Assembly (NCBI GenBank): GCA_000388065.2
Contig: KB932203.1
Source: Fonticula alba ATCC 38817
Taxonomy: Eukaryota; Protista; Nucleariida
DNA: 52,476 nucleotides
Strand: one strand, 5' to 3'
The position numbers and the translations under genes were made by a program. The notes under the pieces were generated by a model. The model saw only the letters and a program-made list of their open reading frames with translations, was not told where the DNA came from and ran no database searches. Positions 36,187 to 47,920 of this stretch are shown one piece after another; within the stretch, counting starts at the first letter, position 1, and each line of letters opens with the position of its first letter.

Positions 36187-38358
36187 GGAAGCCGGAGCCG
36201 GACACACAGACACACAGACACACAGCAACCGGATGCCATGGAGTTAGGACATGCAAGGCGCAGGAAGGGGGCCAAAGAGGAGAGGGGGCAGGGGGGGGGA
36301 AGTCAGGATACAGGGCACGCACGCCAGCTTACGCGACCCGATGGACGCGCCGCCGGCCAGGTCGTCCAGGTCCGGCGAGGGGGACCCGCCACTGTTGCGC
36401 GAAGAATGCCGCTTGTGCCGGGACACGGCCCGAAGCCCCGACGCGGGGTCATCCTCGCCCTCGTCGCTGGAGCTGTCGTCCGAGGACTGGGACTCGGCCT
36501 CGGGCGGCTGGTCCGGCTCCTCGGCCGCGGCGGCCGCCGCACGCGCACGCACTGGGCCCGCCGCCGCCGCCGACGCCGACGCCGCCGTCACCGGCACCGC
36601 CGTCACTTCTGATGGATCGCCCCCGGCCGCGGCGTGGCGCTTGCGCGGCGGCAAGGTCGGCTCTGTGGCCGCGGCCACGGGCTTGCCACTGTCAGGCACC
36701 GCCGGGGCCGCGTGCGACACGCACGACTGGTCCAGTCGCCTGGACAGGGCCTGGATGGAGCTCTCGTCCCCGGCCACCGCCGGGTCCGGCTTGACGGCCA
36801 CCGCCGGCATGGCCGCCGCCCCATGCTTGGCAAGGAAGGCCCCGGAATCGGAGTAGGTGGCGGGGAAGCCGCCGGCCACCCCGGTCGCCGTGGCCGCCAC
36901 CGCCGCCGGGTCAAAGTCCGGCGAGGAGGCCGACGACGAGCTAGACGACGACGACGACGACGAGGTGGCCGCCAGGTGAGGGTGGTGGTGAGGGTGGTGG
37001 TAGTGCGGCTGCTGATGCTGATGCTGGTGCTGCTGCTGCTGCTGGTGGTGGGGGGGAGGCTGGTGCTGCTGCTGCTGCTGCTGGTATTGCTGCTGATGCT
37101 GCTGATGCTGCTGATGCTGCTGCTGATACTGCTGATGCTGCTGGCCTGGGCCACCCTGTCCAGGAGGCGGGCCCAGCGGCCGGCCACCCGGCGGGAAGTA
37201 CCGCTGCCCGGCGGGCGGCTGCTCGGCATGGCCCCCGGGAGATGAGTGGTACGTGGGCGGGGAACTCCAGGCCCCGGGGGGCGGCGGCCCGGCCGGGCCC
37301 TGCCCCGGGGCCCCGACCGGCCCATGGCCGTGCGAATGGCCGTGCGAATGGCCGACACTTGCCGAGGCCCCTGGCCCGGGGCCACCGGGGTGGAAGTCCC
37401 CGGGGCCACTGCCCGGGCCCGGAGCACCGCCCCCATCGCCCGGATGGCGTGGCCCACCATCATACACCGGGCCACGCGCACCATAGGAATAGTGGCGGCC
37501 CTCGGCCGAGTGGCCATACGTGCCGGGGTGTGCCGAGGGATCCGGCCCAGGGCCCCCGACTCCCGGCCGGCCAGCCAGATGACCCGGCACAGGGCCATAG
37601 TATGCATCGGCGGAGCCCGGCCCGCCGGAAGCCGCGGCATTGTGGAAGCCCGCATGCGGCGGGTGCCCCTCGGTCGAAATGCTGTACCCATCGCGCATGG
37701 GCCCGGCCCCAGGACCGGGGCCGCCGCCACCGACAGCCGGACCCGAGGGCGACGATGACGATGACGAGCAAGAGGAAGAGGAGGCCAGCCCGGAGCTGAC
37801 CGTGTCGGCATGTGCCTGGTCCGTCAGCAAGCCGCTGCCGGAGCTGGCGATCGGCTGCGGGTCGAAAGTGCCACGACCCGGGTGGGGCTGCGCCTGTCCC
37901 GGCGCCTGGAGCTGTTGCGACTGCGAGGACGGCTCGGCCGGGAAGCCGGGGTGGCGCGGGTGGTGGTGCGCCGGCGGGGCCATGTGCCCGCCGGTCGGCG
38001 GCAGGAAGTGCGCCGGGCCCAGCGCCGCCACGCGGTATTCCCCCCGCTGGGGCTGGTACGGATGGTGCGTGGCCGAGCTCGACCCCGGCGGGTGAGAGTA
38101 GGAGTGACTGGAGGGAGGGTGCGGAGGCATGGGCCCGGGCCCATGCCCCGTCGGGTGGTGGAGGTGGTGATCCGGCGACTCGTTGAAGAAGTTCGAATCC
38201 CCCAAGAACACCGGGTCAAAGTCGCCGATGCTGTGGCTGACCGAACTCCCGGGCGGCGGGGCCGCACCGGTGGCATACGCCAGCGTCAAGTAGGCATTGT
38301 CATTGCCGGCTGCCGGGGGGAAAAAGTGCTCAGGCTCGAAGGAGTTGGGATAGGCCAT
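30820..38358 (-). CDS. SREBP-like membrane-tethered bHLH-Zip transcription factor, 6 exons, ~2097 aa
   Basis: Exons 38358-36323, 35924-34519, 34382-32830, 32605-31855, 31630-31338, 31074-30820 total 6294 nt with all phases compatible and GT-AG introns. bHLH-Zip HNHNVSERRRQQSINSAINQLYGLL..KPSKAAILSRSVTFVDTL..LHRSNLELRLKV. TM1 LSVCVLVSVVLLLMPL; TM2 ..LMTLVKVLVLVKTL; then REHADRLAFAGHIAEARK|LYLQAGRLIWGRSL, resembling the recalled SREBP C-terminal start RKQADLDLARGDFAAA..LGRAL. Confidence 0.75.
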
Positions 38359-40581
38359 TGGGTGGGACGACGGCCGCGGGGCCTCTTCTTCGTGTCACGG
38401 CAGAAGCCGAGACAAGGGACACTGGAAAAAGGGAGGGGGGAGGGGGGGGACACACACACACACACGGGCGCGCGCGCGCGCGGGGTCCCGGCGCAGTTTG
38501 CGTCAGCCGGCGACGGCCACCAGAGGCAACCCCGGAGAGCGATGCCCGGGCAGGGAGAGGGGGAACGGGCAGGCCGCCGGCACGCGGTGCGTATGACCGA
38601 GCGCGGCAGCCAGATGCGCGGAGGGCAGATCGCGCACGGCCGACGGGGCACAAGACAGGGAGCCGGCTGGCCGAGGGGGTGACACGACCGAGAGTGAGGG
38701 AGGGAAAGGCGGAGACAAAGGAAGGGAGGGAGGGAGGGGGGAGGAGGAGGGGGGCTGCTGGCCCCCTGCGGCGCGCGACCGCGACCGGAGCCTCGGCGCA
38801 CTTCTATCCCGTGCGTGCCCCCGGCGCCCCGGCCATCGATGGATCTCGCCGGTCTGCCTGGGGCGGTGCCGGCGGCCCGGGCCGGCGCGAGTCCACACCG
38901 GCAAGGCTCGCCCGGCTTTTGCCGCCAGCCGCGCGCCCCCGCCGGGACCACCGCCCGTGCCCCCTCCCGCGGCCCCCCGCCCAGGGACGCAGCCCCGGGG
39001 AGGGGGTGTGCCAACGCGCGCAGGCCCGCGCCCGGCTGCATGCGCCCCCGCGCCAGGGCCGTTGTTTACCGTGCTGGCGCATGCGCGCACACGGCCTGCC
39101 TCGAGCGAGGGCCGCCCAAGCGCGGGGCCCGCCCCCCGGCCATCGTTCGTCAGCCAGCCCGATGTACCCCCCCCCCCCCGGCCTTCGGGAAGTGCAGGAG
39201 AAATCGACGGATCTAGTCGTCGGTGGCCCTCCCCGGCCGGGGGCGCCGGGAAAGGTAGAATGTTCTCCCCCCAGTCCGCCGGCAGAGAGACGGCCGCCCC
39301 CGGTCCCCCGGGCCACGAACCGGCCCCCCCCCCCCCTGCCCGCCCCCTGGACCGCACCCGGGCTGCCGGCTCTTCCCCGGAAACACACGTCCTGCCGGTT
39401 GCCGGGTTCCGGCCTGCCTGCCAAGTGGGGAGCACGCGCCGCACCCCCCCCCCCCCCCCGGGAGAGTGTAACATGCGAAAACGTGCGCCGCCCCCGCCCT
39501 CGCCGTCGCCCGGTCGGCGAACTCCTAACGCATCACAATGCGTCCATGCGCGTCTCCCCCTGCAAGCGCATGTGCACACATGCGTCGCCGCCTCTTGCTA
39601 ACACCCGCGCGCGCGCGCGTTCTCCACACGACACGTTAATTGATCGGCGCATCGATTGCCGCCCCGCCGGCTGGACATCACCCAAGCAGGGAGGAAGCCA
39701 CCGTGCCGGCCCCCGCCCGCCGGCCCCCGCCCGCCCGCCCGCCGAGCACCACGCCACCATGCCCGACCCATACCACGCCACAAATCATCCCGGCCCCCGC
39801 CTGCCCGGGTCCATATGGCGAGGGGCACCGGCCGGGCGCCCGTGCGCGACCCAGCCCCCCTCCCCGGGCCCCCCCCCGGCCCCCGGGCCCCGGTTGGCGC
39901 CGATCCCGCCCCAGGCGAGATCTTGCGGACCATATGAAATGGGCTCGATCAGCTGTGGCGCCCGGGCGAGTCCCAACGATTCGGGCATGTGACCGCCGCG
40001 TCGGTCCCGGCAGGGTCCGGCGCACGGAAATCCGCCCGACCGTCCGGCAAAAAGAGCGTGCGAGCGTGCGAGTGTGTGTGTGTGTGTGTGTACCTGGTTG
40101 CGCGCGTGCCGGAGACGAGCATGCGTCGGGGAAAAGAAAGAAAACAAAAACACCCTATGTTGCATCACCCACCGGAGATACCGCGCCCGCAGCAGGGTGG
40201 ATTTTCCGCCCACACACATATGCTCTGACTGAGAGAGGGAGAGAGGGCGGGGGACACCGCGCACCGGGCCACATTCTATTCGAGCCCCCCCTTTTTTCTG
40301 GCCTCTAGCCACGGCGCTGCCGGGACACCCCCACATGCCCGGGGGGGGGGGGGNNNNNNNNNNGGGGGGGGGGGGGGGGGGGAGGCGGATGGCGGCGTGA
40401 GGCGATGCCACCCCAGGGCAGGGGGGACGGCGACCCTGCCCACCAAGGGCGGCGCCGGGCACTTGGACTTCCACCGGCGGCGGCCCCCTGCTGTGGACAC
40501 GCTGCCGCCCTTTGGCCCCTCTCGCCGCGCCAGGCGCGCGCACACCTCCCTCCCCGTCCCGCCCCCCACCCCCCGCCCCGC

Positions 40582-41757
40582 TCAGAGACAGCTCCCGGGC
40601 AGGGGCCCAGAACCAGGGGGGGCCCCGAAGACCGGGGTCGGGCTGCCGTCCGGGGCGAAACCCGGCACCGCGCGCCCGGCACAGTGCGGACACCGGCTGA
40701 CATCCACCGCCCCGGCGTCCTGGCACAGGCGAACCAGCAGGAACTGCGCATTGGCCGCCAGGCTGTCCAGATCGAAGGGAGCCGGCGAGCCAGCCGCCGA
40801 GGAAGCCGCCCCGGCGCCCGACTCGGCCTCCAGCAAATTGGCCAGCAACTTCGGCGGCAGCAGCCCCTTGGGCGTGGTGGCCAGGTGGAAGCGCCGCCGG
40901 GCCGCCTCATCGGCCGGGGTCCGGCACGCGGCCACCAGGGCCCGCTTCAAGCGCCACGAGTCGACCGGACCCAAATCCCGCAGCGGCTGGTACTGAGGCA
41001 GCGGCGGGGCCGGCTGCACGACACCGGCCCCCGGCAGCCGGCGCCCAGTCGGCCCGACAAAGGCCCCGGCCGCATCCCGGGCCCCGGCCAGCTTGGCCTG
41101 CCGCTGGGCTGCCAGGCGCTCCAGCCGCCGACGCCGGGCATTCGACAAGGTCGCCACAAATGGCCCGACATCCCGATGCAGGCGCTCCACATCAATCAGC
41201 CGATCGAGCGGCACCGCACGCAGGTGCACCAGTTCCCGGTGCTCGGCCGCCCGGCCCTCGGCATCCACGGCCGAGCCCCCGCCGGCGGGAGCCCCGCCCA
41301 CCGGGACCGGCTGGTTCAGCAGGATGGTCCCCATGGCACACAGGGGCCCGGCCCACCGAGGCAAATAGTCGGCTCCCGGGTCGTCCGGGCCGCCGCCGGC
41401 CCCGCACGGATCGGCCCCCGCCCCGGCCAATGCCCCGGCCAGGGGGAAGGCCAATGGCAACAGCGGCTCCAGCAGGGCCAGCCCGGAGGCCGGCTGCAAG
41501 TCCTGGATGGACAGCCGCGCCAGGGAGGCCCGCGCGGCCGCCGCCTCGGCCTGCAGCACGGCCGCCGCGCCTCCCCCCCCCGGCTCGGCCCCGAGGGCTT
41601 CGCTGGCGGCCACGGCACTGGCGATGCTGAATGCCTCGCACACGGCCCCGGCCACGGCGAAGGCATCCGCATCATTGCACGCTGGCAGCTGGTCCATCCA
41701 GTCCGCGCAGTCCGGGGCTCGGACATGCCCGCGCACGGGCTTCAGGCCGGGGGCCGG

Positions 41758-41809
<52 letters not shown>

Positions 41810-43891
41810 TCACCATCACCGCCGCCGCCATCGTCAATCCCAAGCCCCAGCCCGGAGAAGATGTCCGTCGGGGCTCGGGCCGAGGAAACCACCAGCCCGC
41901 TGATGACCCCGACGCCCCGGCGGACGGCCCGCGCCAAGGGGACCAAGTCCGGCCGGCGGTCCTCCCGGTGGTCGATGTTGAAGTCCAGGATGATCTTCAG
42001 CCCGGTGAAGGTGCGCGCATGGGCCACCACCGTCTCCAGGTCGGCCGGATAGCTGGTGGCTTCGGGCGCGCCGGCCTGCAAGAACCACGTCACATACGGG
42101 TACACCTGGGGGTTGGACAAGATCGACCGGTACACCGGGGCCACTGGGTCATCAGCCAGCCGGGCCAGGCTGATGAATCGGTCATAGGAGAGCTGGCGCC
42201 GCGAGGGCAGACAGAAGCCAAGGAGCAGGGGCGAGGGGAGGGCGGGGGACGCCGAGAGGGAATGTCAGTCTCACATGGAGCAGGGGCAAGTGCCAGCCCG
42301 AGGGGGAGAGATCCGAGCCGGAGCAGGAGGAGTGTCTGGCCCCCCCCCCCCCCACAAACACACAGACACACAGGGTGGCGATCGACCGTCCAGCATGACA
42401 CAGCGTACCTCAACAAGCATTATCCCGCTGATGAAGCCCACCAGCCCCAGGAGCAGAGCATTAACGGCTGCCATATCGGTGGCCAGGTTTACTTGGGCCT
42501 GTATGTACACGCACAGGCACACACGCACGCACAGGCACACACGGGCACACAGGGACACAGGCACACACGGGCACACAGATACCAGGATAGCACATGGCCA
42601 CCCGGGACAAAGTCAGCATTCTTGCGCTTCACCATGACCGACAAAACCCGACGAACAGCACAAAGGGGCAGGATGCATCCCACGCCGGGCAGATCCGCTG
42701 GCCCGAAAACGCACCCGAACGACGAAGTGCGACCCAGGCGGATAGACACGATGCCAGGCGGCCAGCTGCTCGCGCAGCTTCTCCAGCGGGACAAGCGCTC
42801 CGTCCAGAAACACCGGCAAGTCCAGCACCACCGGCCGGACTACGTGGCCCGCGTGCTCGAGAAGCTTTTTCTGCATACATGCACGCGTCCGCGCATACAT
42901 GCGCATGCGCCCAGGGAGGAGACACAGTCAGCAAAGGCGCGACAGGGCCCATCCGCGAGGGGGGCGGGGGGGGGGGCGAGAGCGCGAGGAGAATCCAAAA
43001 TGACAGGCAAACGGGCGGGCAGGCGAGGGGAGAAAGCAAAAAGAAAAGCAAAAGCGAAAAAAAAAAAAGGGGGTGGCCTCCGGGCACACGGCAGGGCGCC
43101 GCACGCGGCCAAACCCCGAGCCCCGGCGCACCGCGTCAAAAGCCTGGCTCGTCTGACTGGAGTTCAGACGTGGGGCGGGGGGGGGGGCGAGAGCGCGAGG
43201 AGAATCCAAAATGACAGGCAAACGGGCGGGCAGGCGAGGGGAGAAAGCAAAAAGAAAAGCAAAAGCGAAAAAAAAAAAAGGGGGTGGCCTCCGGGCACAC
43301 GGCAGGGCGCCGCACGCGGCCAAACCCCGAGCCCCGGCGCACCGCGTCAAAAGCCTGGCTCGTCAAACGCCCATCAATGGGCTGGCGCCACCAGTCGGCC
43401 AGGCGCTTGGCCTCGGCCGGCGGCAATGCCGGCCGACCGCCAGCCGGCGGCAGCGACTGGAAGGGCGCCAGCGCCGGGGTGGCCATCAGCCGGCGGAAGG
43501 TCCGCGGCCGCGAGGAAATTAACACATCCCGGCGCCCATGGCGCGGGCAGATGATCGCCAGCAGGACGCCAGTCTGGCCGCGCTCGGTGAACCGGCCATC
43601 CAGATCTTCGTCCGCCTCGTCGGCCGACCCGGCGCTCGTTTGCGAGGCGCTCCGAGGCCGGCCCGGGCCGGAGGAGGCCATGCCCCCGGTGCCGCGGCCT
43701 GCCCCGGCCGCCTCGGGGGCCGGCTTCCGTTCCACCACATACGCGCTCACCAGCGACTCCGGGCCGAAGCCCTGGCGATCCACCAGTGCACATGTCAGAC
43801 ACCGCGACCCGGTGTGATAGAGAACCGTCTCTTGGAACTGGACCGCCGGCTGGGCCGGCGCGTCACCGGCGCTCCCCGGCAGGGAGGTCAT
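40582..43891 (-). CDS. Uncharacterised 801-aa protein, possibly a degenerate DHODH/DPD-like FMN TIM barrel, 4 exons
   Basis: Exons 43891-43343, 42870-42715, 42498-42409, 42192-40582 are all phase 0 with GT-AG introns. The gene model is well supported; the fold assignment rests on weak motif resemblance only. Confidence 0.55.
42961..43364. other. Assembly artefact: ~190-bp direct duplication with an Illumina TruSeq adapter fragment at the junction
   Basis: 43154-43172 tgactggagttcagacgtg is a 19-nt match to GTGACTGGAGTTCAGACGTGTG, lying between copies ~42961-43153 and ~43173-43364. Confidence 0.92.
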
Positions 43892-43939
43892 TGTGCGCAG
43901 GCTGGAGAGAGAGAGAGAGGGCCGAGGGAGCGAGGCGAG

Positions 43940-44182
43940 GGAAGCAAGGGGGTAAAGAGAGGGGGGGGGGAGGGCACGAGGCAGGAGTGTGTCGAGATCG
44001 GCCGGAGGAAAGGAGGACAGCGGGGCGGCGCAGCCAACCAACGAGGAAGCCAGATCGGAAGAGCACACGTGGAAGCAAGGGGGTAAAGAGAGGGGGGGGG
44101 GAGGGCACGAGGCAGGAGTGTGTCGAGATCGGCCGGAGGAAAGGAGGACAGCGGGGCGGCGCAGCCAACCAACGAGGAAGCC
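43940..44182. other. Assembly artefact: 112-bp direct duplication with an Illumina adapter fragment at the junction
   Basis: 44052-44070 agatcggaagagcacacgt is a 19-nt match to AGATCGGAAGAGCACACGTCT, lying between copies 43940-44051 and 44071-44182. Confidence 0.93.
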
Positions 44183-45305
44183 GGCAGGCAGGGGAGAGGG
44201 ATAGAGGGTAGCCAGGGGGCTGAGGAGGAGAGTGTGCGTGTGTGTGTGTGTATGTCAGGCGCGGGGCGAACACCCGACAGCCGGCGGCAGCGCGGCAAAA
44301 ATCCGCCCACACAGGCAAATGGCGTCTAGTTGGGCAGGCGGGCCGGATCGTGGGCGGGCTTTCTCACCGCGAAAAGCGCGACATCCCCCCGGCGTGGGAC
44401 GCGATGGTCCACGGAAGGGCGGGCGGGCGGGCGGGCGGGCGGGCAAGACACACCCCCCAAGGCCAATGCCCGGAGACGGCCCCGGAGCCAAGGCAAAGAC
44501 ACGGCCGGCGCGCAGGAGGGGCACAGCGCCGACAATAGCCCGCAAAGAAGCGAGGCATGCGGAAAACAACAACCCCCGAGAACGCCCCCCGGCGCCCGGG
44601 GGCCGCGGACGCAGGGCCGACGCATTGCCGCCCGGGCGGTGTCAGCCCGCTAACAGCCCCCCCCCCCCCGCCCCCCCGAGCAAGAGACAGCACGAGAGCC
44701 AGCAGCCGGGGGGAGGGCGGGGGGGCTGCTGGCTGGCAGGCAGGCAGGCAGGCAGGCAGGAAAGCGGGCCGGGGCGGGCACCCCGGCAACGCCCTCCCCC
44801 GGGCATGGTGAGCGGAACAAGGCCGGGGGAATGCGCCAGTTGGAGGGTCGCGTGATCCGCCGAGTGGGCACGTGCGGCACATCGTGGCGGTGCTCCCTCG
44901 CGCCGCGGGGGGCCGTCCTCGCTGCCGGGCCGCGGGAGAGAGAGAGAGATCACCCCCTGGGCCGGGGGGGAGGGCCGGCACGCGCCCGGGGAAAGGGGGA
45001 GGGGGCGGGGGCGCGCGGAAGAACGCCACACCACGCGGACGGGACCGCTTCGCGGAGAGTGTATGCCCCGGCGCCCCCCCCCTCCCCCCCCGCGCACTGG
45101 GCGCGGAGGGAGGGGGCGGAGCAGCGCGAGCACGAGCCGACCACAATCCGGCAGCGGCGCGCCATTTTTCGGGACCCAGCGGCGGGCCGGTGGCATTCGT
45201 CACCACAACAGCGCCGCCCTCCCCCCCCCCCTCCCTCCCCTTCCGCCGCTCGCCCTCCCTCTCCTCCCGCCCTCTCTCCCTCTCGCCCTCCGTCCCAGTG
45301 TAACC

Positions 45306-46072
45306 ATGGCCAAGAGTATTCGCTCGAAGAGCAAGCGCGCCTTCCGCCGCATCCGCGCCAAGAACATCCACGGCCCGATCGAGCACCAGAGGTTCGTCCC
45401 TTGCCCGCCTGCCGCTTCCTCCTCCCTCTCGCTCTCGCGCTCTCCCTCACCGCCTGGACTCGCCTTCGCCGGCTTCTGTCCCGCTTTTTGGTTGTCTCGG
45501 CCCCCGCCCACCCTCACACCGCCTGCTCCCTGCCTCTCTCTCTCTCTCCCCGCCCCCCCCCCCCCTGCCCGTGTTCCACGCTCGCACCCTCGGCACAGCC
45601 TCATGCGCATTGCCGCCAAGCTCGGCACCGCCGACCCCGCGGACGCCCCCCCCGAGGAGCCCAAGCGCTTCTCTTTCACCGCGCCCAAGGTGCGTCACTT
45701 GGCGCCCCTCCCCTGCCGCCGAGCTGCCCTCGGGCCCCTGCCCTCATGCACCCCCCTCTGGTTCTCAACTGACCCCATGCGTCTTCGCCCCTTCACCCCT
45801 CTTTCACGCGCGCGCACACACACACACACACACAGAGCCCGAACGACCCGCCCCCTCAGGAGATTGGCGCCAACAAGTTCGAGAACGACAAGCGCCTGGA
45901 CTCCGAGTTCATCGCCCGCCGCCAGCAGGCCGTCGAGCGTGACCGCGCCGAGTACGAGGAGCGCATTGCCAAGCGCGGCCCCCGCCTCACCCCGGCCAAG
46001 CCCTCCACCATCAAGAAGCACCGCGCCAGCAAGTACAAGCGCATGGCCAGTGTCCAGAGCAAGCGCTTCTAA
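45306..46072 (+). CDS. LLPH/LAP18/YBL028C (DUF2423)-like small basic nucleolar pre-60S protein, 3 exons, 129 aa
   Basis: Exons 45306-45391, 45599-45689, 45860-46072 are phase-compatible: MAKSIRSKSKRAFRRIRAKNIHGPIEHQSLMRIAAKL... with a basic C-terminal tail. Matches the recalled MAKS(L/I/V)R(S/A) family N-terminus. Confidence 0.78.
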
Positions 46073-46832
46073 GAACACCCGAGCAAGAGAAGATGGGTCC
46101 GAGCAGAGCATGCGCGCGCGGCGCGCCCATGCATCCCCCGCGCACATACACATACATGCACACACACACACACAGTCGCACGCCAGCCGGAGCCGCGACC
46201 GGCCGGCCCTCCGTGCGGCAAGCCGACGGAACCTTTCCCCCCCCCCCCTCCCTCATGCGCCCCGGCGCCGCCACGCCACACCGGGCATTGTATTTTTTAG
46301 TGTTTCGCCCTCCACATCCTCCGCCCTCTCCCGCCATGCTCCTCCTCTCTTTCCCTGCGCCCCCTTCCCCACTACTCTCCGGCTGGACTGTCCTTGTGCC
46401 ACATCTTTATGTATCTTTTATACACATACACGAAATCCACCATATGCAGTCACACAGGTGTACCTCCTTCCTGCCATGGCCGCCCTCCGCCCTCCCCCTA
46501 CCTCCGGCCGCCGGGGGGGTCCCCAAGCGCGAGGGGACTCCCCCGAAGGAGGAGGCCCAGGAGCAAAGGCCACCGGGCTTCCGCCCAGCACAGCACCCCC
46601 TCATGTGTGGCCATGCAAGGCTAGAGTGTGTCTATTTCGTTTCGAGCAAAGGGATGGAGGTCAAAAAGCGGGGCCAGACGCGCCGTGCTTGGCCTCCCCT
46701 CTCCCCCCGCACGCACGCACGCATGCACGAAGGGAGCACACGGCCAGCAAGCACAAAAATGTCCTGTGGCGGCAACCAGACGGAGCAAAAGAGCCGGCAG
46801 GGGAGAAAGACCGGATACATCCGGCCCCCCTC

Positions 46833-47889
46833 TCACAGGAAGCCGGACACAAAGTCCCCGGCACCGTGCAACTGCGCCAGCCCGGCGGCCGCTCCGGCCC
46901 CGGTGGCGAATGGCAAGTGCGGTGGCTGCGACTGGGCCAGGGCCAACGGACGGATGGACGAATCGCCCAGCAGCAGCTCAATCCCCCCGCCGACGGGCGG
47001 CCGGGCGGCGCCCGCCGACGTGGCCGACGCCTGGGCCGAGGCCGCCCCGGACCCGGGCACCAGGGTCCCGGCCGCCGCGGCCGACCCCTCGCCGACTCCA
47101 GTGCCCGGCGACGGCCCGGCCGGCGACGGCGGCACCGGCACCGAGTCGAGGATGTGAAGGAGGAGCTTGGCCCGGAAGACCGTGGAGAAGCCACTGCCGG
47201 GGGCCGCGGCACCGGGCACCACCGTCCCAATGCCGGCTGCCTGGCCGCCGCCGCCCAGGGCAAAGGAGTGCTCGAAGGGATCATCATCAGCAGCAGCAGC
47301 AGCAGCGCCAGGCCCACTGCCCGGGCCGGCCAGCGACACGAATGCCTCCCCCTCGCCGGTGCCATTGTAAAGGAGCTCATCAACGGCGGCGCGCACGCGC
47401 AGGCGGTCCCGCGCCTCGGCCGCTGCCCGGACATACGCCAACATCGACACGGCGTAGCTTTGCTCCGGCGTCAGGGGGGCCGCCACACCGGTGACCACCG
47501 GCAGCCGGTGCGGCCACACATGCAGGTGGTCAAAGCGCCCGAGGTCCCCGGCCGCCGGGCCGGCTGACACCCGCGACCCCGAGCCGCCACCCGGCGACTG
47601 AGACGACAACAGCTGGCCAGGCCCCTGGTCCCCGGCCAGGGCAATCCCCTGCCGGGCCAGGGCCAGACGCCGCTCCAGGGTCAGCAGCGTGGCCAGGCGC
47701 TGCTCGCGCGCCGTGGCCGACCCCAGTGGCCCCAGACCCAGGGCGATGGCCGCCCGGTCGACGCGCCGGCGAATGCGCGCCTCCAGCCGCAAGTTGGCCG
47801 CCGGGTCCAGCGGAGGCACGGCGGCCGCGGCGCCAGCTGACCGCGGCCCGCGCCCGGGGGGACCACGCCCGCGCCCGGTGGCCGGCCCT

Positions 47890-47920
<31 letters not shown>

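Noticed and set aside
40164-40172. SRE-like ATCACCCAC about 1.8 kb upstream of the SREBP-like gene (autoregulation)
   Set aside because: It is one base short of ATCACCCCAC, expected by chance, and the protein lacks the Tyr needed for SRE binding.
38360-40300. Possible ncRNA, tRNA or transposon in the ~2-kb intergenic region
   Set aside because: No cloverleaf, box motifs, terminal repeats or transposase/RT motifs were recognisable; it is probably promoter or UTR. An Infernal/Rfam scan would settle it.
42409-42474. MAAVNALLLGLVGFISGIMLVE as a signal-peptide start or Shr3-like membrane protein
   Set aside because: An in-frame acceptor at 42498 and upstream phase-0 exons make this Met internal, and no further TM helices follow.
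40405-43554. 1049-aa plus-strand ORF, and similar long ORFs (15455-18331 -, 2206-4536 +, 28615-30738 +, 45063-47567 +)
   Set aside because: These are antisense or off-frame shadows of real genes in very GC-rich DNA, R/G/P-rich with no domain motifs. This one also runs through the adapter artefact.
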